A DNA stretch of 64,000 nucleotides from an uncultured virus (IMG/VR IMGVR_UViG_3300042883_000765) (taxonomy: Duplodnaviria > Heunggongvirae > Uroviricota > Caudoviricetes), in IMG/VR virus record IMGVR_UViG_3300042883_000765; one strand, written 5' to 3'. Below are positions 1-8,221 of this stretch, in pieces; position 1 is the first letter of the stretch, and each line of letters starts with the position of its first letter. The position numbers and the translations under genes were made by a program. Below the pieces are notes generated by a model. It did no database searches, had not been told where the DNA came from, and saw only the letters and a list, made by a program, of their open reading frames with translations.

Positions 1-12
1 ATCAGATGTTTG

Positions 13-54
13 TGGGGCGAGTGTCCCACCGTGGGACACTCACCCCGAGGTTGA
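13..54. repeat. 42-bp intergenic repeat copy 1, containing a hairpin with the core palindrome TGTCCCAC-C-GTGGGACA
   Basis: Identical to 753-794; arms GGGGCGAGTGTCCCA / TGGGACACTCACCCC. Confidence 0.95.
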
Positions 55-58
55 GCGA

Positions 59-337
59 TCAGTAGATGCCGTCAGGCTCATCGTCGCTGATGAACTCGTG
101 GGCGAACAGTGGGTCAAAGCCACACTCTTCAAGGAACGAGCGGTAGTTGTACACTCGGTCGCTGTCGCTGAGACCTGCATACGGCACGAGTGCCGAGTGG
201 ATTTGAACGGCGATCTGAGCCAGTTCCACGGGCGCCTCTGTGTACTTCCCACCCGTGAGGATGTTCATGGTGAAGTGGTCACGGAATGCACTGGCGACTC
301 GGTCGCATGCTTGCTCGGGTGTTCGGTTGATGGTCAT
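59..337 (-). CDS. Hypothetical protein (GC-rich leftward block)
   Basis: Start reassigned to ATG 337 (MTINRTPEQ), which follows a GAGGAG Shine-Dalgarno (SD). Confidence 0.7.
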   Translation of the reverse strand: MTINRTPEQACDRVASAFRDHFTMNILTGGKYTEAPVELAQIAVQIHSALVPYAGLSDSDRVYNYRSFLEECGFDPLFAHEFISDDEPDGIY

Positions 338-384
338 GTTGACTCCTCGGGTTGGTGGTTGATGGTTGGTGGATGGGGCGACTA

Positions 385-714
385 TCAGAGGGGGTAGTTG
401 GCGTAGTCCTCGTCGGAGGTCAGGCGATCCCAAGAATCAAGACCGTAGATGGTCACGGGTGTGTCCTCGTTGAGCAGTGTGCACGGGCGCTTTTCAACCT
501 CGTAGATGCCCTCAACGCTGTCAGCATCAACGACGACACTGCAATCACCGTCGGAGCCAAGGAGGGGGTTGACGCCACGGAAAATGAACTGGCTGTACTT
601 GCCCTCGTCTTTGACGACTGTGTAGTTGGTGAACTGAAGCCAAGTGAACTCATTTTTGCTTTCAATTCCTACCCAGCCATAGCGCTGAATGTTGGCGGTG
701 GTGGTGGTCTTCAT
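385..714 (-). CDS. Hypothetical protein
   Basis: AGGAGG SD; leader and first codons (ATGAAGACCACC) shared with the 795-1556 gene. Confidence 0.75.
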   Translation of the reverse strand: MKTTTTANIQRYGWVGIESKNEFTWLQFTNYTVVKDEGKYSQFIFRGVNPLLGSDGDCSVVVDADSVEGIYEVEKRPCTLLNEDTPVTIYGLDSWDRLTSDEDYANYPL

Positions 715-752
715 GGTTGCCTCCTAGGCGTTGGTGGTGATTGGTGAATGGT

Positions 753-794
753 TGGGGCGAGTGTCCCACCGTGGGACACTCACCCCGAGGTTGA
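753..794. repeat. 42-bp intergenic repeat copy 2
   Basis: Identical to 13-54; directly follows the stop codon of the 795-1556 gene. Confidence 0.95.
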
Positions 795-1556
795 TCAGGC
801 GCTGAGGGCGTCGGCGCTTGCATTGAACAGGTTGCCCCGATCTTGCTGATCAAGGGGCACGGTGTTGGCGCTGGCACGGAGCAGTGCCACGGCGAGCGTG
901 GCGAACACTTCGTGGTCACCCTGAAGCGATGCGATCAGGTTGGCGGTGACATCGGCAATGGCTTCGGCGCCATGCTCGGTCAACTGTGCAACGATCTCGG
1001 CAACGGTCAGAGCGACCACTGCCTCGTCGGTGCTGTCGGCGTCGCTCTCGGCGCTCTCGGTCTCGGCTTCAGCCTTGGCAGACTTCTCAGCCTTTTTGGC
1101 TTCGCCCTTTTCGGCTTTGTTGATCTTGGCGAGCACTTCAAGGGCGTCGGCGCTCTCATCCTTGATGAGGATGGCGCCAGCCTTGGCGTAGCGAGCGTAG
1201 GTGGACTTACCGATCTTGGCGCCAGCATTCTTGCTTGCCAACTCAAGGGCACGGAACGAGACACCAGCCTCGTTGGCGTTGAACACGGCGATGCATGCCG
1301 AGCGGAGCGCCAACTTGGCGTCGGCAACGGCGCTCTCGGACTTGATGGCTTCGGCAACAGCCAAGGCGGTCAGGTCGGCAGGAGTCGCCTTGACTTCAAC
1401 GACTTCGGCAGGCGCTTCAACAGCGACAGGCTTGGCGGTGTGGGTACGGGCTTTTTTGGTGGTGGTGGTTGACACTTTGGTCTCCTTGGTTGTGTTGGTG
1501 GTTGGTTTGCCAGCGAGCAAGTTGGCGAGTCCTACGGGGCGGTCGGTGGTCTTCAT
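795..1556 (-). CDS. Ala/Lys-rich protein with a possible helix-turn-helix
   Basis: Start reassigned to ATG 1556 (AGGAGG SD); GVSFRALE...IGKSTYARY resembles an HTH; AK-rich segments. Confidence 0.7.
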   Translation of the reverse strand: MKTTDRPVGLANLLAGKPTTNTTKETKVSTTTTKKARTHTAKPVAVEAPAEVVEVKATPADLTALAVAEAIKSESAVADAKLALRSACIAVFNANEAGVSFRALELASKNAGAKIGKSTYARYAKAGAILIKDESADALEVLAKINKAEKGEAKKAEKSAKAEAETESAESDADSTDEAVVALTVAEIVAQLTEHGAEAIADVTANLIASLQGDHEVFATLAVALLRASANTVPLDQQDRGNLFNASADALSA

Positions 1557-1588
1557 GGTGTGCCTCCTCAGGCGTTGGTGGTGGTTGA

Positions 1589-1609
1589 ACTGTCCCACGG
1601 TGGGACAGT
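1589..1609. promoter_or_regulatory. Palindromic operator-like site ACTGTCCCAC-G-GTGGGACAGT
   Basis: Perfect inverted repeat about 30 bp upstream of ATG 1556, with the same core as the 42-bp repeats. Confidence 0.7.
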
Positions 1610-1614
1610 AGCGG

Positions 1615-2055
1615 ACAGGTGAGTTTGATCTCTACGCCCGAGGCGCCTGCCCAAATTGCGACGATCATGTATGAGTCCAAGATCGGTGGACTCCCCTCCC
1701 TTGCTTCACCCGAGGGGATTGGATGCACTGCAATCTTTTATGAACGGCTCGCCAACCTTGACGCTTGCTAGGCGCCGATACATCGTTGTTTGTATTGGGT
1801 ATCCATCGGACTTCCAGCAGGCACAGGTGGCGGTGCATTCGCTGGTCACTTGATCTTGGTGAAGTTGCTCGTCGTATCGGCTCGGCGCTTGCCCTCATAC
1901 TCACCAGCGTCGCTGGGGCGCATCTCGGTCATCCCCCGTGGCGCAGACATCTGCTGGGGGGAAACCATCACGGCGAGTGCCTGTGATGCTTGAGTGTTTG
2001 GGGTCACGCTCTGCTGACCAGTCACTACCTGTCCCATGGTGGGACACCGAGACTT
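1615..2055. ncRNA. Candidate structured non-coding RNA or long leader
   Basis: No convincing ORF; multiple 6-8 bp stems (1673-79/1687-93, 1692-98/1712-18, 1774-81/1874-81, 1923-29/2046-52, 1966-71/1983-88). Confidence 0.35.
2030..2046. promoter_or_regulatory. Fourth copy of the 17-bp palindrome (TGTCCCAT-G-GTGGGACA)
   Basis: One mismatch to the consensus. Confidence 0.6.
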
Positions 2056-2411
2056 ACGGCTTGGCACACTGCTTGTCAGGCTGGCGTGGTGGGCACTGCT
2101 CGTTCTACATGACTGACCGTTGATACTGGAGAAGCCCGAAATTGTTTGGGCGCTTCAGATCAGAGGTGTTGTCTCATGGTTTTCTGAGTTAGTAGGTGGG
2201 CAGATTTTCAGGTTGCACAATGCATTTCGTCTACCGCCGAACTGGATGGCGTTCCCACTAGGTGGGGCAGGACTACCTGTCTGTCTGAGCACTGTTGGCT
2301 GTTTGTCAAGGAATTGTGGGGAGCAGTGAGATGTCTCAGTTGCTCGGTTTGTACTAACTGGTCTTACAAACTCCATTAGGGGATGCTGTCAAATGCCCAG
2401 CGTGTGGGCAC

Positions 2412-2462
2412 TTTTTGGGGGGAGGTTTTCGGGGGTTTTTAGGGGGTTTTTTAGGGGTTTTT
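2412..2462 (+). repeat. Alternating T-tract/G-tract low-complexity repeat
   Basis: G6, G5, G5 and G4 runs separated by T4-6 tracts. Confidence 0.8.
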
Positions 2463-3190
2463 GCCTGATATCAGTTGTTAGGTCAGAAATGGCTAAAAAG
2501 CCCAATGTTTACAGGGGTTTTTGGTACACGGAGCGCGCCCTCATTTCCTCTCAGATCGCCTCTAAGGGGGGAGAATGGGTGGAAGGGGCGGAGAGGGGGT
2601 AGAGGCTGTCAGAAGCGATTTAAATGGGCTGTGCCGAGTAGTTGGTGCATTTGATACCGATATGCAGGGGATATGTCATAACAATAGAATTACTGTGGAT
2701 AACACGACGCCAAGCGTCAGTTCCTACCCCTATCCCCCAACCATCCCCCGAGCCTCCGAGGTAGTCCCAAACCTAGGGGTTGTTGCATTTGCAACTACTT
2801 TGAATTATACCCACACGCTGGGGCGATGCGCCCAACGACCCACGAAACCGCTCAAACATTGAGCATTTGAGCGATTTGGCAAGTTGTTGCATATGCAACA
2901 AGTGTGTGCATACGCACAAATAAGCCTGATTTCATTGATGTTTTCGCGCCCCATCCGAACAGTCATCCGTCAGGTGCATAGGAGACACAGGGAGGTAGGC
3001 GGTCGGTCGGTGGGGATACGGGTGGGGGTACCCCCCCCATGGTTAAGTGGGGTCGGGAAATCGGTGGGGGGGTAGAGGCGAGGAGCCAAGCACTGCCCAA
3101 CTGCCAAATAGCCCTATTCTGAGGAGCGAGACCGGTTCTATGCTCAGATGGGGTACCCCTAATTCGCCCAAATGTAGCCCTATTCTGATA

Positions 3191-3196
3191 TATAAT
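3191..3196 (+). promoter_or_regulatory. -10 element TATAAT, probable leaderless start at 3203
   Basis: 6 nt before the ATG; ATTCTGATATATAAT recurs at 4362-4376. Confidence 0.6.
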
Positions 3197-3202
3197 TAGA
3201 AA

Positions 3203-3625
3203 ATGGCAGCATTCCACCACTTAAATGATCAACTGTTTATGCCAAAGAGTTGGTTGCGCTCACTACCAGTAGACAATGACCTAGATATTGCTGATGTGGA
3301 AGATGCAGGTAGCCGTACGATCCGAGACCCATATACAAATGAACGGCGTTACACGACACCTGAGGATGAATTTTGGGATCGTAAGGGTATTGAGGCAATT
3401 AATAGTGGAGTATATAAAAGCGTACAGAGACATGGCATTGTAAATCCCGTAGAACTAGGTGTATCTGGTAGGACCATAGAAATCAAGAATGGGTACCACA
3501 GGGTGGCATCCGCTGATGATCACTCATTTATACCTATTACTTATACAAAAAAAGATCAAGTGGATGGTTTACCCATACATTATAACCGTTATAATGAAAA
3601 TCCTGCATATCCACGCTCTGAGTAA
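3203..3625 (+). CDS. ParB/Srx-like domain protein
   Basis: SVQRHGIVNPVEL...KNGYHRV matches the ParB N-domain G..P..(D/N)GxHR pattern. Confidence 0.7.
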   Translation: MAAFHHLNDQLFMPKSWLRSLPVDNDLDIADVEDAGSRTIRDPYTNERRYTTPEDEFWDRKGIEAINSGVYKSVQRHGIVNPVELGVSGRTIEIKNGYHRVASADDHSFIPITYTKKDQVDGLPIHYNRYNENPAYPRSE

Positions 3626-3652
3626 CCCTATTCTTAGTGTAAAATAATAAGC

Positions 3653-3913
3653 ATGCAGGACAAAGTAAGCATTGACCAATTCCGATCTATTTTGTATCGC
3701 CCAACACCCCGACTAGCGAATAGGTTGGTTGATTATGAATTGTCTATCCGTGATCCAAAGACATCTACCCACCACTCCATACCGCGAGAAGAATTGTTAA
3801 GTGATATGCAGAGGGGTATTAACCGCTACCGCTCCGAGCGGGACGCTGGGCCGGAGGGCATTGCCGACAAGAAGGCAGGAGTTATCAAGAAGGCTCTGCT
3901 GTACAAGCCATGA
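3653..3913 (+). CDS. Hypothetical protein
   Basis: TAAAAT 7 nt before the ATG; ATGA overlap with the next gene. Confidence 0.7.
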   Translation: MQDKVSIDQFRSILYRPTPRLANRLVDYELSIRDPKTSTHHSIPREELLSDMQRGINRYRSERDAGPEGIADKKAGVIKKALLYKP

Positions 3914-4362
3914 GAGCACATATCAGCAAACAATTCGCCAAAGTGACTAGAAATCCTGGCGATAACCCCGAACAGTTGCAGATGTTCATGCGTCCACATG
4001 AGATTTTGAACAAAATCAGTGGTTTTATGGATGCTGCAGGGGGTGGCATTGATGATCCACGCGATTACCCCTACAGCGACCTCCATGAAGAGAAACTTCA
4101 AGAGGCTAAAGATTCAGGATTACATGATGGTATTGAAACTGATGGCATCAAGGACCACATCGTCCTAACAAATACTGGCAGGGATAAGTTCCGTATGGGT
4201 AATGGTCATCACCGCCTCTCAGTCGCCTTAGATTTGGAAGAAAAAGGTCATCAGGTAGATATTCCCGTGATCCATGATAATAACTTTATGTATAACACCA
4301 CTGATGAGTACAAACATATGTACGGAAGACCAAAAAAGTACTTTGGCTATAGCGAGAACTAA
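3910..4362 (+). CDS. ParB/Srx-like domain protein
   Basis: IETDGIKDHIVL...MGNGHHRLSVA. Confidence 0.75.
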   Translation: MRAHISKQFAKVTRNPGDNPEQLQMFMRPHEILNKISGFMDAAGGGIDDPRDYPYSDLHEEKLQEAKDSGLHDGIETDGIKDHIVLTNTGRDKFRMGNGHHRLSVALDLEEKGHQVDIPVIHDNNFMYNTTDEYKHMYGRPKKYFGYSEN

Positions 4363-4405
4363 TTCTGATATATAATAGTAAGCATTACCCGATAAGGAGT
4401 CTCCC

Positions 4406-4837
4406 ATGGCTATGAAAAAATCAATGGCAGGAAAGATTGCCGCTGAGGCAAAGTCTGCACCGCTGAAGAAGGCAATCGCCAAGAAACCAGCGCATATGTC
4501 CGAACAGTTCCCTAACGAGAACCGTAGTTTCCGTGGTCGTTCTGACCTTACCCGCCTCAGTCGTGTACTTGGTGGTTACTTGGAAGACTCACGGATGGAT
4601 CATGCAGACCAGTATGACGAAGGTGAGGCTGAGGACGAGTTCCGTATGTCGCACTCTATCGCCAGCCCCATGCGCCAGCGCAACAGCAAGTTCATCACTG
4701 ACTCTGTTGATGAATACGACGCAGAGGATATGCTCCGCGAGTACCGCCAGAACCGTGATGCTGGCGACACGGACGAGTCGTACAGCCGTGAGGATATCCG
4801 CGAGGCTTACAAAAACCGTGCCGATTACACGGGCTGA
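4406..4837 (+). CDS. Hypothetical protein, basic N-terminus and acidic C-terminus
   Basis: AAGGAG SD; TATAAT at 4371-4376. Confidence 0.75.
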   Translation: MAMKKSMAGKIAAEAKSAPLKKAIAKKPAHMSEQFPNENRSFRGRSDLTRLSRVLGGYLEDSRMDHADQYDEGEAEDEFRMSHSIASPMRQRNSKFITDSVDEYDAEDMLREYRQNRDAGDTDESYSREDIREAYKNRADYTG

Positions 4838-4886
4838 TTAGGGTTACTAATCCTTCCGCGGAGTAGTAAAAATTTGCCGCTTAATT

Positions 4887-5015
4887 ATGTCTGATGATAA
4901 ATGCGATACCTCCACACAGTGTGTCTATTGTGGCGGAGAATTGCGTCCTGAGCATGCACACTATAAGTGCGTTGATTGTGGGCAAAGAGACGCCTGTTGT
5001 GAGGGCATCTACTAA
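4887..5015 (+). CDS. Small zinc-finger protein (42 aa; not in ORF track)
   Basis: MSDDKCDTSTQCVYCGGELRPEHAHYKCVDCGQRDACCEGIY. Confidence 0.7.
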   Translation: MSDDKCDTSTQCVYCGGELRPEHAHYKCVDCGQRDACCEGIY

Positions 5016-5037
5016 CTATTTAATGTAAAATAGTTCT

Positions 5038-5949
5038 ATGGCAAAAGACAAAAAAGAAGATGCAATTAGGTATTCGCGCATATCTCCTGATACTCCCGGT
5101 AGTTACACTGCCCTGTCTCATGACTATGTAGGCGGTAACGAGGACATACCAGATCGCCGTAGAAGAATTATTGATTACATGGCACATGACCGTGATGGTA
5201 ACTCTCTGGTATATGCCCAAGTAGCGCAAACGCACGGTCAGACATTCACTCGCATGACTGCTCCCACGAGACAAGTGCGCCAGCCCCCGAACCACCTAGA
5301 GCACCTAGTCCCTCCTCACCGTAGGGTGGTAAATAACCCCCCTGGTCGCCCAATGCCTTCACCTGGTGATTTTGTGCATGTAGCGCAAACACCTATTGTT
5401 GATTTAGAACGCACAGATGCTAAATCTAAGCCAGTTCCTGGTAAAGACGATTACTTTCATGATGGGACTAACACTCGTCCCGCAAAACCCGGTGAGCAAT
5501 TAGTAATGTTTGGTATAGAGCATAAGCCTACTCGTAGACAGATAACGAGTTTATATGCCCGAGATAGTACGGCTGGCAAACTTGCGACTATGAATATCCT
5601 TGGTATGGCTGATAATGCATCTAGGGATGCCCTTGGTCGTGGCTTAATGCCTGATGATAACTTGTCAGAGCATAGTTTAGGTTTAGTTAAAAAGTTACAT
5701 AAAAAAGGTGCTATTCCTGAGGAAGATTTACCTGATAAATTAATTCAAGGTAACGACATGGATTTTTCTGATGCCGCACGAGTTTTAGATACCCAACATA
5801 CAAGTAAATTTGACAATGGTGAACTTATTAACCTTAATCATCGCCTACCGCATGCAAAGGCTCGTATTCGCCAAATCTTAGGACGCTCAGTACCAACTCT
5901 TAATACTGAGCCTAAGAACGAACAGTTACAACTGGAGGGTTTTGAATGA
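5038..5949 (+). CDS. Paralog array member 1 (possible degenerate GNAT fold)
   Basis: Shared motifs RYSR, YxAHDxDG, TRPAxxGEQLVMFG, AGKxAxM; C-terminus EQLQLEGFE. Confidence 0.8.
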   Translation: MAKDKKEDAIRYSRISPDTPGSYTALSHDYVGGNEDIPDRRRRIIDYMAHDRDGNSLVYAQVAQTHGQTFTRMTAPTRQVRQPPNHLEHLVPPHRRVVNNPPGRPMPSPGDFVHVAQTPIVDLERTDAKSKPVPGKDDYFHDGTNTRPAKPGEQLVMFGIEHKPTRRQITSLYARDSTAGKLATMNILGMADNASRDALGRGLMPDDNLSEHSLGLVKKLHKKGAIPEEDLPDKLIQGNDMDFSDAARVLDTQHTSKFDNGELINLNHRLPHAKARIRQILGRSVPTLNTEPKNEQLQLEGFE

Positions 5950-6728
5950 CTAGGTACTCACGAGTTATTTCTGGTATGCCAGGTTATCCTCAGCATGACT
6001 TTTCAAACCCAGACCCAGAACATGATTATCATGAGCAGAGGACCCATAGATATTTAGCGCATGATAAAGATGGAAAAGCCATTGCCGGAATGTCGGTACA
6101 GGGTTACACATCCTTAGATACCACCCGTACACGATATTCAGACTCTACTGATCAATATAGAAATATTCAGGAAGACCCTGACCGTGACATTATTGATAAT
6201 GAAAGAACCCATGATTCAGGAATTACACCAGACAACGGTAATAATGCCCCACGATGGGATAGGGGCTTTACGCGACCCGCTGAGTCTGGTGAACAGTTAG
6301 TTATGTTTGGGCATAACTACGAACCACCTCGTAGTTCAGTTAGTCTGTTGCATTCCAAAGACAGTATGGCTGGTAAGACAGCCGCTATGACACTTCTAGG
6401 CATGGCTGACATCGCAAGTAAAGCCAGAATTGGTAGACACCTACAACCATCTCGTGATCTTTCTAGCCACAGTGGTGCATTAGTTAATAGGCTAGTTGAG
6501 TCCGGTGCGGTTGATAAGTCTTTCCAATTTGATCCAAAATATAGTAATAAAAATGATTTTTGGCATTCTAATAAAATATTAGAAGATGAAGATTATGGAT
6601 CGCATGAGGGTTACCAAGATTTAACAGAACGAGTACCTGCCGCCCGTGCTCATATTCGTGAGGTAATGGGTAAAGGTCCTAAGACTAAGACTAAGAATGA
6701 GCAACTCCAGTTAGAGGGCTTTGAATGA
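5946..6728 (+). CDS. Paralog array member 2
   Basis: Same motifs; ATGA coupling. Confidence 0.8.
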   Translation: MTRYSRVISGMPGYPQHDFSNPDPEHDYHEQRTHRYLAHDKDGKAIAGMSVQGYTSLDTTRTRYSDSTDQYRNIQEDPDRDIIDNERTHDSGITPDNGNNAPRWDRGFTRPAESGEQLVMFGHNYEPPRSSVSLLHSKDSMAGKTAAMTLLGMADIASKARIGRHLQPSRDLSSHSGALVNRLVESGAVDKSFQFDPKYSNKNDFWHSNKILEDEDYGSHEGYQDLTERVPAARAHIREVMGKGPKTKTKNEQLQLEGFE

Positions 6729-7477
6729 CTCGCTATTCTCGTTATGTACCACCCAGTGATAAAGAGCAGGGTAGATCATCCGACTATGTGCCACAGGGTG
6801 ATAGTTATGGTGGGATGGATCAGTACTTCGCACATGACAAGTCTGGTAAAGCCATTGCCATGGCTGTTATTGCACATGACCCAGGTCATACCAGTACAGC
6901 CATGGATATCTATGGTCGTAATGCAAACACAGGATTAGCCGAAACTACACCAATTGCTGATGGTCAGAGGGCACATGATGATACTGCCCTTGATTGGCAA
7001 GATGGTTTAACTCGCCCCGCTCAGTCAGGGGAGCAATTAGTAATGTTTGGAACTTACCACAGACCAGCACGATCTCAGGTGCATGAGTTATACGCTCGTG
7101 ACAGTTTGTCTGGTAAGACAGCCGCTATGAACTTGGTGGGTATGGCTGATATTGCCTCTACAACTACAACTGGTAGGTCTTTACAACCATCTAGCAATCT
7201 TTCTACGCGTAGTAAGTCATTAGTTGATAAGTTACATAAATCTGGTGCTATTTCTGCTGAGGATATGCCAGGAAGGGTATTTGATAACGGTATTACTTTT
7301 AATTATGCAGAAAACAAACTTGATCGTTATCCCCACAGTAACCAGACCCCGAGCCAAGACTTAAACTCACGATTGCCTCATGCAAAGGCTCGTATTCGTC
7401 AAGCGATGGGGCGATCTGCACCAAATCTTAATGCAGAGCCTAAATCTGAACAACTCCAGTTAGAGGGGTTTGAATGA
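6725..7477 (+). CDS. Paralog array member 3
   Basis: Same motifs; ATGA coupling. Confidence 0.8.
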   Translation: MTRYSRYVPPSDKEQGRSSDYVPQGDSYGGMDQYFAHDKSGKAIAMAVIAHDPGHTSTAMDIYGRNANTGLAETTPIADGQRAHDDTALDWQDGLTRPAQSGEQLVMFGTYHRPARSQVHELYARDSLSGKTAAMNLVGMADIASTTTTGRSLQPSSNLSTRSKSLVDKLHKSGAISAEDMPGRVFDNGITFNYAENKLDRYPHSNQTPSQDLNSRLPHAKARIRQAMGRSAPNLNAEPKSEQLQLEGFE

Positions 7478-8205
7478 CTAGGTATTCGCGCGTTGTAAAT
7501 AGAGAATATGATGTATCAGATAAAGAAAGTAATCCTGATGATGCATATTTGGAGTACTTAGCACACAATAAAGATGGTGATGCTATCTCAAGATTAGTTG
7601 TACAACATCATCCAGAGGTTAGTGCCACCCAAGAAAGCAACTTCCACACAGGAAAACCTGTGGTGGATGATGAAATGACGCATACGGACACTCCAGTTAA
7701 TGAAAGTAATTTGGATATCACTCCTTACACTCGTTATGCAGAGCCTGGTGAGCAGTTAGTTATGTTTGGTCACAGGAATGTTCCTGCAAAAAGAGTAGTA
7801 ACTGGACTGTATTCAGAGAACAGCCTTGCTGGTAAGACTTCTGCTATGAATTTAATTGGTATTGCTAATAATGCTTCTACTGAGGCTATTGGTAAAAATG
7901 TGGTACCAGATAAAAACCTGTCTGCCCATAGCGGTGCCCTAGTTGACCGTTTACACGCAGAGGGTCATATTCCTTCTGAGGATATGCCAAAAGGTAGAAC
8001 CGCAGGAGATGTGATGAATAGTCACACATTTTGGAACAGTGGATCAGTATTGGCTAATAGACATATGGGTGCTTATACACATGGATCGGATGCTTTAGAG
8101 GATTTATCTTCCCGAGTACCCGCCGCTCGTACCCGTATACGAGACCTACTCGGAAGTTCTAAAAAGGGTAAACAACATACACAACTGAGCCTGTGGGACG
8201 AATAA
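7474..8205 (+). CDS. Paralog array member 4
   Basis: Same motifs; ends TQLSLWDE. Confidence 0.8.
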   Translation: MTRYSRVVNREYDVSDKESNPDDAYLEYLAHNKDGDAISRLVVQHHPEVSATQESNFHTGKPVVDDEMTHTDTPVNESNLDITPYTRYAEPGEQLVMFGHRNVPAKRVVTGLYSENSLAGKTSAMNLIGIANNASTEAIGKNVVPDKNLSAHSGALVDRLHAEGHIPSEDMPKGRTAGDVMNSHTFWNSGSVLANRHMGAYTHGSDALEDLSSRVPAARTRIRDLLGSSKKGKQHTQLSLWDE

Positions 8206-8221
8206 CTGCTATTGTTTGTGT

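Noticed and set aside
13..794. CRISPR array from the 42-bp palindromic repeats
   Set aside because: Only two full copies, 740 bp apart with whole genes between them; no cas genes
1615..2055. tmRNA, RNase P or group I intron identity for the structured region
   Set aside because: Only superficial matches (GGGGGATGA, GGAAGTCC on the minus strand); hallmark ends and core motifs not found
98..2329. Plus-strand ORFs over the GC-rich block, and similar antisense or alternate-frame ORFs elsewhere in the track
   Set aside because: Shadows of real genes caused by codon bias; no SD and no protein-like motifs
2304..2392. Two minus-strand TTGACA hexamers as sigma-70 promoters
   Set aside because: No good -10 hexamer at 16-18 bp spacing
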